From a virus (taxonomy: Duplodnaviria; Heunggongvirae; Uroviricota; Caudoviricetes), in the IMG/VR virus record IMGVR_UViG_3300029874_000006, positions 1-10,778 of that record: a stretch of DNA of 10,778 nt. One strand, given 5' to 3'. The notes beneath the pieces were generated by a model. The model saw only the letters and a program-made list of their open reading frames with translations, ran no database searches and was not told the origin of the DNA. Of the stretch, positions 1-10,191 are shown piece after piece; the stretch's first letter is position 1, and the number at the start of each line of letters is the position of its first letter. The position numbers were made by a program, and so were the translations under genes.

Positions 1-1335
1 GGAAAAGATGAGATTTTAAACATAGTTAATAATGGTATAGGAATAGATAAGGTAACAGAATATATTCAAAAATGTATTCAAGGATTAGGAGCTTCTAAAT
101 CTGAAGAAAATCTATATGCTAATGTTAATGCAGGAACTATATTAAAGGGCTTAAATGATTTTAAATAGGCGGTAGCTTAGTCTGGAAATTATGATGCCAC
201 TGTTCAAGATCTATACAGTGGTAAATTAATGACTAAAGATTCTGCAGAATAGGCTCAATAGGCATTAACTTACATATATAGAAGTTTGCCTAATAATATG
301 AAATCCCTTTTAAAAACAAGAACAAAAGGGGGTACAGATGATGAAGCTTTAGTTATGATAGGACAATTAATCAGTTCTAAGACTTCTCCTGAAAAATCAT
401 TTGAACTTAAATTAGAAGATACTGCTTTAGACCATTAGGAAAAGTCAGGTAAAGGAGATAAAGATCCTCATTCTATAGAGGGTTTATCTATGAGTCCAGT
501 AGATATGTTACAAGCAGGTTATGGTTAGAAGAATGATTTTACTATTTAGACAACTGCAGGTGCTTCTAATGGTATATAGATTCCTACAGTACAAATGCCT
601 ATAACTAAGAAGGGCGAGGGTATTGGCATGGCATCATTAAGTGATGTAGCATCTAGCGATTATGCAGGTTATCTAGATTTTAGTAATGCTTTTATGGGGG
701 ATGTTTAGATACCACAAGCAGGAATGTAGAATATAGCTATAGATGGTACTGCTTTATATACAGCTTATTTACCTTTAGACATGTAGTATTTTAATGACAC
801 AGGTTAGAAAAGACCTGATATAGCTATGTTAGGTAGATATAAATAGGCACAGAATGAAATAAGACAATCAGGAACTAAAGATCCAAGATAGATTAATACC
901 ATCTATAAAAATCATAATTTACCAGTAATGTACAGTCCTAATGGAGATATTTTAACTAACTATATCAAGTTTGGTATAGTAAACGGGACTGCTTTAGATA
1001 ATGCTTTTGGTGATGAAGCTAAAGTAGCTGATTATTTATCAGAGACTACTGATAAAAATACAATAGCTAATACTCTTAATATCTTAAATAAGGGTAGAGG
1101 TGAAAAAAATAAGGTAGAATATGATGAAAAAAGTTGGTGGGATTCTATATCTCCTGTATTTAATGATTATACTCATGTTTATAAAGGAACTATATTTATG
1201 CCTATTAATGATGATTACTTTACTTATTCAGCAGCAGCAGGTTCTAAACCAACAACAGCTTAGGCAGAAATGATTGAAGCTAGATAGTAGGCTGCTAATA
1301 AAACTCGTAATTATGTAAATCCAGGACAACTTTAA
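1..1335 (+). CDS. Hypothetical protein, 5'-truncated (>444 aa), TAG=Gln; probable phage virion/structural-module protein
   Basis: Frame 1 is open from base 1 (GKDEILNIVNNGIGIDKVTEYIQKCIQG...) to TAA at 1333-1335 (...NKTRNYVNPGQL*). It has no TAA/TGA but 17 in-frame TAGs (hand count). The supplied ORF 928..1263 is an internal fragment. No motif recognised; function is inferred only from context. Confidence 0.9.
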
Positions 1336-4300
1336 TGAAAGAAAATGATATTATATTAAATATGTTAGCTAACCCTAAATTTACTCTTGAAGATTTTCAA
1401 GCTGTAGGTTTAAATAGTGATAATACTGGGTTACAATCAGAAGATAAATACTTACAAAGTGATAAGATTAAGTCTGTTAGCGCTTTTTAGGATTCTAATG
1501 GACAGTTTGATAAAAATAAGTTTCATAACTTTTACTAGAGTGCAGGATAGTTTTATAATTAGATGTCTAATGATGATTATGAGAAAGCTATTCTAGAACA
1601 AGCACAGTATAGTAAAGATAACATATGGGTAAATCCTAAGAAAAGAACTGTAGATTATAAACCAACTTTAGTTAAAAGAGCAAATCCAACTTTAGTAACT
1701 AATAGTTTGGAGTAGATGGGTTAGATGGGTAAAAGAACATTATCTACTTCTGAAATAGCTTAGACACAAGCTGTAGTCAATCCTATTACTGGTGAGAAAT
1801 CTGCTAGCCCTAATGATTCTTTCTTTTCTAATCTATTTAATACTTTAGTACTCGCTTCATATGATAATGATGTAGTAGATCCAAAGACAGGAGAAGTATT
1901 ACACAAGAAAGGTGACTTAAAATATAACGAAGATGGTTTACCTTATTATGAGACTTTATCAGGACGTGATGTGCATGATAAATAGGTTCTTAATAAGATG
2001 AATACTCTTACCACTGATGGTTCTGTATGGAATAAATTTGACTTTTTTGATTCTGATGATTTAGATTAGAAAGGAATAGGTTCATCTTTATTAAAGAATG
2101 CTGCATTGGTGGGAAGTATGTTTATTCCTTATGTGGGTCCAGTAATTACTGGATTAGGTGTGGCTACTTAGACAGCAGGATTACTAGCTACATTAGGTAA
2201 ACTTGTTGCAGGAAATGATAGTCCTACTTTAAACAATATATAGGGATGGGCTAAGTCTGTTAATAGACAATCTGCTACAGAATATGCTTAGCAACATACT
2301 TGGTGTGCTGAGAACTTTATTAATATGATTGGTGATACCATAGGATAGTTAGCAGAATAGCGATGGATATTTAAAGCAGTTCCTGTATTATTTGAAGGAA
2401 AGGATGCTTGGAAAGTAATGTCTAAAGAAGGCTATGATGCTTTAAAGAAATCAAAGCTTGCAGAGTTACAAAAAACATCAAGTTTAACTACTGACAAATT
2501 ATTGTAGGATGCAGTAAGTGAAAAGAATGTGCTATTATTATAGTAGTACATGACAGAACTTAATGCTATTAATGAAACTAAAGCTGCTAAATATGTTGAT
2601 GATTTAGTTAGAAAAGCTAACAATATAGGCAGTCCTCTTTCTAAAGCTTACATGATAGGTATTACTGTATAGGATACTTATGGTAATGCAAAAGCTGCAG
2701 GAGCTTCAGACTTAGAGGCGGCTTTATTGACCCTTGGTTATGCTGGAGGTGAAGCTTGGATTCTTAATACTGGTTTAGGAGAATGGATATTACCTGAATT
2801 ACATATTGACAAGTTTAAAAATAAAGCTATAGCTGAAGCTTTAGTTAAACCGGTTAATGATGCTAAAGAAAGATTAGAATAGACTGGAGACAAGCAAGGA
2901 TTTGTAAAAAAATTACTCAAGATAGGTAGAAATGTAGCTACTAACGTATATGCAGAAAAAGCTATAGCTAAGAAATCTGCTGAAGTTATAGGAGCACATG
3001 CATTAGGTGAAGCATTTGAAGAAACTTCAGAAGAGTTATTAGCAGATGCTTCTAAAGCGATATTTAATGTAACTAGATGGTTAAGGGGAAAAGATGCTCT
3101 TAATTTCTGGGAGGGAGATAATGCTCTAGATAGATATACTATGTCTGCTTTAGGTGGTTTATTCGGAGGAGGAATAACTTCTGCTGCAACTAATTTTAGT
3201 TAGGTAAGAAGCTTAGCTAGAATGGATAATTCAGCAGCTATGTAGCAACTCTTATATATGGCTAACAATAATTAGTTAGGTAACTTCTTGAAACAAGTAG
3301 ATAAAATGACACTTGGAGACAAGAATAAATCTGCTACTAAAACTATATATGATTCAGAACAAGGAGTAATATTTGCAGAAGGAACTAAAGATGACAATCA
3401 GGACCTTGCTGCTAAACAAGCTATTCGTAATTAGGTTAAATTTATTGACAATATATTAACTACTAATGGTGCTAAGATAAGTACTGACTCATTACTTAGT
3501 AAATTAGCTATGGAGGATTAGTAGGATGTTCTTAGGAATCTTAAAATAGGTAATTTAAAAAATACCAATGTTATAGGTACATATGCTTAGGACTACTTGA
3601 ATTTACAAGCAGATTTAATAACAGCCTCAGCTTAGTTAAAAGCTATTGATGATGAAATAGGTGATGTAAAAAGTGCCGCAACACCAGAACAATAGAAAGC
3701 AAGAACAGATAAAGCTGCTGAAATTGACGGCATTAGAGGTAGATTACAGGAATATCTTAATGGCACCATCTCTCCTGATTTTATTAGAGATGCTGTATTT
3801 GAGATAAATCCTCTGATTAATGACGGTTTTGTTATTACTTCATTAGAACAATATACAAAAGCTAAAGTAGGAAAATTACCTAATTAGCTATCTGATACTG
3901 AGCTTGCAAAACTGACTGAAGAGTTTAAGAACTACATGAACAGTGATGGTAAATAGTATACACATATTGCTGCTGCAGCTTACTAGAATATGATGGAATT
4001 AGGTTCTCCTATAGTGTAGTAGTATTAGGAATTAATTAAATAGGCTAATACCAACAATAATGCTCAATTTATATAGGATTTTAACCAGTTTATTACTAAT
4101 TATTTAATTAAATTAGATAGTATTGATACTTCTGACTAGGAAGCGTATCAGACTAGAGCTTAGTTGTTAAATGATGCTCTAGCTTATGGAGTACTTAGAT
4201 AGATGGCTCAACCTTATTTAAGTGAAGATTAGAGAAATCGTTTATAGAGTATTGCTGATAGTACAGAGACTGATCCAAATGTTATAGCGCAACTAAATCA

Positions 4301-7300
4301 AGAAGCTAATAATATTCTTATGGAAACTATCTCAACTAATATCAATAATTTAGTTAAACCAGTACTATAGTAGGGATTTATACATCCAGAAGCTAGAAAG
4401 GCTTTGTCTTAGGGATTATCTAAATTAAAGGATTTAATTGTAACTAAAGCTGATAATGACTTTATGGGAGTTTACCCAGGACATCCAGATTATGAAGAAG
4501 CAAAAAAACGTCGCAAAGAGTCTGTTGAGACTATCCATCAAATTGATGATTTACAGGAATAGATTGAGAAATTACCAACCACACCTGCTTTAGAGTTTAT
4601 TGATAAATTCAAAATAGGAGCTACTAATTCTTAGTTAAAGTTTTCAGACCATTGGTAGCAAACTATGGATTTATTAGATAACAATAAGGATGACATGTCT
4701 GAATTTGGAACTGATGAAGTATGGGAAGCTAATAATCAAGAGGCGCTTAGACTAGCTAAAGCCTTTAGGTCAGTACTTAATGGTATGAAAGTTGATAATG
4801 CAGATATAAATAACCCAACAGGTTATTCTAGAATGCTTAATTTAGTATATTAGAAATCTGCACAGAAAAATTATGTACCTTTAGCAGAAATAAGTACTTA
4901 GGAAGCTAATATGATGCTAGAAGATGTCAACAAAATTATAGCTAGACTAGAATTTGCTGATACCTTAACTAAAATGAATAGAGGCTAGAAGCTTAAAGAG
5001 TAGAATAAGGTAGCTGCTAGAAAAAATCAATTATTATATAATGGTACAAAAAGACTTATTGACACTTTATCAGACTCTGATTGGAAAGATACTAGTATAG
5101 CTGATTTAAAAAATACTTTTAATAATATTACTACAGAAGTCAAAGATGCTTTAGAAGGCGGGGGAGTTAAATAGAGTAAAGAAACTAGAGCTGCAGTAGA
5201 AAAATATATGATGCAGTTAGATAATGCTATATATGATTTCTTTCAAGCTAATAAGGATTCTAAAGGGGAATTAAGCGTTGAGAAAATAGGAAAGTTATTA
5301 AAGAAATTTGCAGGCAATGCAGGATTCTTTTAGAAAACTAATAACATACTTAATGAATCTACTAAGTCTCTAAGTGATAATTCTTATATTTGGTATTTAG
5401 CATCTAGAGCAGCAGTTAGAGCATCTGATTTTTATGGTTCCTATAAGAAGGCAGTAAATGACAAAGTTGCTCCTATTGCTAGTTAGGAACTTGCAACTTA
5501 TTTAGGAGTAGCAGCTATAGCTAATATGAATACTCTTAACAAGTTTGTAGATGCATATAGAAATACTGTTGTTTAGGAATTTAATAATTTATCTGAAAAA
5601 GAGAGAACTGACTTATTAAACCAGTTTGATAATAGTGGTGAGGCATATTCTAAGGATTTACTTAAGTACTTCGGGGCACATGATGTTCTTCCTCAATATA
5701 AGAATATGATATTTATAGAAGGTATTGCTGGAAGTGGTAAAAGTAAAGCAGTATTTAGAAATGTAATTAATACTATAAATCATATTAATCCAGAATACTT
5801 AAAAAATGCTTATTATGTACATGAAACCAGCGACTCTGCATAGAAAACAGCTGAAGACCTAGAATTACAAGGATAGACTTTTGGACGAGTTGATTTTTTA
5901 AAACACCTATCTTCTGAATGGAAAGATATTAGAGACAATAGTAAGGATGGAAAGAACTATTTATATAAAGATTCATATAAATTTGATCCATCTACAGGTA
6001 AATTAGAGAATACCTGGAAATTAAATAAAATAGCTGATGCTCCTAAGGTAATTTTTATAGATGAGATTTCTCACTATAATTAGTAGGAAGTCAGTATGAT
6101 AGAATAGTGGGCAAAGGAACATGGAACTATTGTACTTACTGCTGGTGACTTTGATTAGGATACATCTATTGCTTTTATAGATGATGTTAAATATAAGGGA
6201 AATCCTGTAAGTGTAACTTTAAATAGAAATAATTTTATAAGAAGTCCTAAGTTGGGGGTATCTTTACGTACTTTAAATAAATAGCTTACTAATTGTACTA
6301 AAATGATGTAGTTAGCTATTTAGAATCTAAATGATGGTAAAGATGTGGATTTAAATTTCACTTATCTAGATAATGATCCAGATCATGTAGGTTTATTTGG
6401 TGTAAAAATAGCTAAACCAGTTAATGTATTGAAGGGTTTGAGTAAAGAGGAACTCGATAGAATTGTTCCTACTATAGATTTGATGGTATCTACTTCAGGT
6501 GATGAGAAAATAGGATATATTTATCATGATACTAATACTGAATTATATAAGTTATTAACTACTAAATATAAGGATAAAATAATACCATATAAAGATTCTG
6601 ATGCTTAGGGTCTGGAAGGTAAATATTATATAGTAGAGAATGATATTCATTCTAATGTACCTGATTCTGTCTATTTAAGATCTTTGTATACAGGTATAAC
6701 AAGAGCTTCACAGGGAGTTTTAGCCATAACACCAACCACTACTAAAGGTATTAGAACTATAGGAACATCCTAGGATAAGAGATTTTAGTTAGAGACCATA
6801 GGCGCTGAAGCCATTAAACATGCTTCTAAAGAAAGATTAGAATAGTTAGAAGATATGGTTGATGATAATAATGCCATAACTAAATTAGAGGCACCTACTA
6901 ATACGCCTACTCCTACTAAGCCCCCTGTTCCAGGTGGTTTACCTCCAGTTCCAGCACCTGCGAGTGTTCCTCCGGCTAATACTATAACTAGTTAGGCTGA
7001 TGCTAATATAGAAGTTGAGAATTTTAAAAAGCTTATATATAATCTTGATGGCACTACAAATTCAATAGCTAAGAAATTAGATCAGGAATTTGATATAATG
7101 GGCGTTGAAGCTAAAGAGGATAATGGTAATTGGATTCCTATTGTAAATTTAAAGAATGGGGATGATGAGTTTGGTGTTCCTTTAGTAGATTTCAATAAAG
7201 AATATACTTTATAGAAGAAGGATGATAAAACAACTGTTCCTCTTTACACAGTTGGACAAACATTTTTATTGCAAACAGGTCCTACAGACACTTAGATAAC

Positions 7301-10190
7301 TATTGATGAAGTCTTATCTGGAGAACCACTTATATATAAGGTACACGATAAAGAGGGTAAATCCTTTGAAATAACATAGGAATCTATTTAGAAATTGTAT
7401 AAGGGAGAAGTCCCTACTGAACCTATAACCCCTGAAGTCACTACCATAACTACTGGAATGGAAAATACTTCAGAAGAGGAATATGAATCTGCAATATCTC
7501 AATCTAATATAGAAGACACTGTTGAGACTCCTAAATCAGTAGGTACTTTATATACTATGAATACTTACTTACCAGGTATGAAAAATGATAATGGTAAAGC
7601 TGTATTTGATGATGATTCTCCGGAAAGTCAAGCTAGACATGATGCACGTATTGATGGATTTGTAGGTTTATCGAGAATACTAAAGACTGATGATTGGAAG
7701 GAGTTAGATGACTACTTTTCCTACTGTAGAAACGCTCTATTTACAAGTGAAAGGAATGCTGATGCAGCTAAATATTTAGCTAATATTTTAGGATTAACAG
7801 GTAATGTTAATATTAGATATGCCTTAAAAAGTTCTGCAGGTAGAATTAATTCTTCAGACCCTCGCTATTATAGATATGATTAGGGAGAAAATGAAAAATG
7901 CGAGTATTTACATTCTGATAGTAAGGATGCAAACGATGCTATGAGAAAAAAGGTGGTAGCCATCTTATTTAATGATGGAAAGCCAGTTCTTGAAATCCCA
8001 GTAGCATCTTTAAATTCACCTATTTCACTAATTTATTATACAGATGAAGAAGGCAATTTATTACATCCTGATTTAAATAAAGCTTATACAGATGCATTAA
8101 TTAAGTATTAGGGTAACAAGAATTAGAGTGATTTAGCAGTATAGGAAGTAATTAATTAGTTTGATAAGAGTGGAACAGACTAGGATATAGTTGACTTATT
8201 TAAAGTGTATAGATTTACAGGAAATGGAATATTCTTCTTTGATGAATCATTTAATCTGGCTAAATAGTCCCCTACAGGAATTATACTTACTGGAGAAAAG
8301 GGTAAGTTACAATAGAATGGTAGTTATCGGACTTCTAATAAGTTTATAGACGTGTCTGAGTTAGCTAAGAATCCTTAGTTTAGGGTATCTAAAATATTGA
8401 CATCTAGGGACGGTTTAGTTAATGGAACACATGCTGTAAACCCAGGTCATTCTTTCATTCTTGTTGGTAATCCTAAGGAATTTGCAGGAACTACTGATTT
8501 AGTTAATTAGTATGAAAGACAAATAGCAGACCCTAAGGCACCTAAAAAGGTATCTTTATATTATGTAATGCCTCCTAAGACTACAGTATCTGCTTGGCTT
8601 ACTAATTAGCATAATTTATATTTAAATACCTTGGGATAGGGCAAATAGGTATATAATATAGGTAATGATTTCACAGCATATAGAGTATTAGACTGCTTAG
8701 ATAAACAGGGTCTTTTAGATTCTATACCATCTATAGGAAGTACTGCACAAGGCTATAAATCAGGTAAAGATGTATTAGATTCTGTTAAGACAATACTCGA
8801 TAATATTAGAGCTATAGAAAGCAAATGGAGAGGTGAGGGTGAGGGAGACCCTGATGCTAGACGAGTAATGTTTATTAAAGAAGTTAATTAGTATCTTAGA
8901 TAGCCTTCTCAATTGATATTCTAGGAAGGACGTACTAATAAAGATATTCTTAATGCTTATATAACTTGTATGGTATGGAATAGAACTAAGGCTATTGGTT
9001 AGAAGGAAGTTATTACATATCACCCTGAAGTGCTTGATTAGATATAGTAGGCGTGTGAAAATGCAGAGGAACCTTTAAAAGACATATTCTATAAAACTCA
9101 ATATACAAATAAAGCTCATGGTTCATTTCTTGAAATATAGTAGAGAGCTAATTGGTAGCTAGAAGGCATAAATGGGGATGCAGCATTTAGAATTAATGCT
9201 CGTATTGATACAACTAATTTTACATCAGATGAACTTCCAATAGCTAGAATTGCTGGAGAAATAGAATAGAAAACTATAAGAACTAAAGATGGCAGGGAAG
9301 TAAAAGTATGGAGTATGACTCCAGATGCCAAATAGAAATATGAGGCAGTTTATTTAGACTAGAAGAAATTAGAAAATAAACCAGACCTTATTGATGAATA
9401 TGCACCTTATATAAATAGAATAGGAATATCTAAAGAAGAATTATCCGCTATTGCAGCTAAAGGAAATAGAGCTGATATTCAATAGGGAATTGTTGAATGG
9501 TTTAACTCTTAGAATCCTCACAACTTTGGATTTACTTATAATGGTGATGTTTATTTATTTAATAACTCTGAGTATTCGTTAACTTCTAAACCTACAAGCT
9601 TAGCCACAACAGATAACTTAGTTTTAAAAGGAGTAGATAATAATGGAGAACATGATATAACAATTACATTCAATGTAGATGGTAAGGGCAATATTACATC
9701 TATGTAGGGTAATGTAACTACCTTTAAATAGATAAAAGCAGAATCTAATGGAGTTACTATATCTAAGGAAGAATGGGAGGAAGCTTAGAATGGCATTAGA
9801 GATTCTATACCTCCATTATTAGCTAAAAATAGTGTCTTCTTAAGAGAATATGATAAATCTATCACAGCTCAAGGTAAACGAGACTTAAAACGTAATCTAG
9901 GGACTGCAAAAAAACTTCTAGCTACTGTTAGAAAGAAAGGGGACAAGGTTAAAGAAGAAGCGTGGAGTAAAATGATTTCTTATATAGAATCTATAAGCTC
10001 TGAATCTACCCCTACTATATCTTTAGAAAATGGAGATACTGTTACTTAGAATGGTAAAAGATATACAATAATTGATAAAGAAAACTTAATTGGAGAAGAT
10101 GAGGTTACTAAAGAATAGGTAACTTTAACTACAGATAATTTAATTAAAGAGGAAACTTAGTGTATTCCTGTTAAATTTAAAATGATTTAA
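1335..10190 (+). CDS. Giant 2951-aa multidomain protein (TAG=Gln) with an internal SF1 helicase domain; probable phage virion cargo/ejection (polyvalent) protein
   Basis: ATG at 1335 overlaps the upstream stop (TAATG). Frame 3 runs 8856 nt with no TAA/TGA until TAA at 10188-10190 (MKENDIILNMLANPKF...ETQCIPVKFKMI*) and contains about 107 TAGs. Supplied ORFs 4665..4853, 6345..6608 and 7395..7883 all lie in this frame. The CDS is strongly supported; the cargo/ejection role is inference. Confidence 0.93.
2100..3185 (+). other. Gly/Ala-rich hydrophobic, putative membrane-inserting region of the giant protein
   Basis: Segments: AALVGSMFIPYVGPVITGLGVATQTAGLLATLGKLVAG (2100-2213), YGNAKAAGASDLEAALLTLGYAGGEAW (2679-2759), ALGEAFEETSEE (3000-3035) and glycine-zipper-like SALGGLFGGGI (3144-3176). 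There is no N-terminal signal peptide. Confidence 0.6.
5703..6725 (+). other. Superfamily 1 helicase/NTPase domain inside the giant CDS (about aa 1457-1797), closest in style to SF1B (RecD/Pif1/Dda-like)
   Basis: Motifs occur in canonical order. Walker A is MIFIE-GIAGSGKS (G..S at 5721-5744) and Walker B is VIFIDE (6048-6065). Motif III is IVLTAGDFDQ (GDxxQ at 6144-6158), motif IV-like is LGVSLRT (6252-6272), motif V is DAQGLEG (6600-6620) and motif VI is LYTGITRA (6684-6707). Confidence 0.9.
6891..6977 (+). other. Proline-rich low-complexity linker in the giant protein
   Basis: APTNTPTPTKPPVPGGLPPVPAPASVPPA has 12 Pro in 29 residues and accounts for the local C-rich patch in the DNA. Confidence 0.85.
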
Positions 10191-10191
10191 A

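Noticed and set aside
1662..1730. Short direct repeats CCAACTTTAGT x2 and TAGATGGGT x2
   Set aside because: Only two copies each, in frame (PTLV, QMG). There is no repeat-spacer periodicity, so this is not a CRISPR array or a meaningful repeat.
1773..1916. VVNPITGEK and DVVDPKTGEVLHKKGD resemble hairpins in bacterial RNA polymerase beta/beta' insertions
   Set aside because: (D/N)PxTGE is a very common beta-hairpin turn and is too short to imply RNAP homology without a profile search.
4503..4517. KKRRK basic cluster resembling a nuclear localisation signal
   Set aside because: Gene organisation is prokaryotic/phage-like, and such a cluster is expected by chance in a Lys-rich 2951-aa protein.
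6144..6161. GDFDQD resembles the DxDxD catalytic motif of two-barrel RNA polymerases, including crAss-like virion RNAPs
   Set aside because: It sits about 28 aa after Walker B, follows a hydrophobic strand and is bracketed by the other SF1 motifs in order, so helicase motif III (GDxxQ) explains it fully. No other RNAP motif was recognised.
928..7883. Plus-strand ORFs 928..1263, 4665..4853, 6345..6608 and 7395..7883 as independent genes
   Set aside because: Each is a TAG-bounded in-frame fragment of gene 1 or gene 2.
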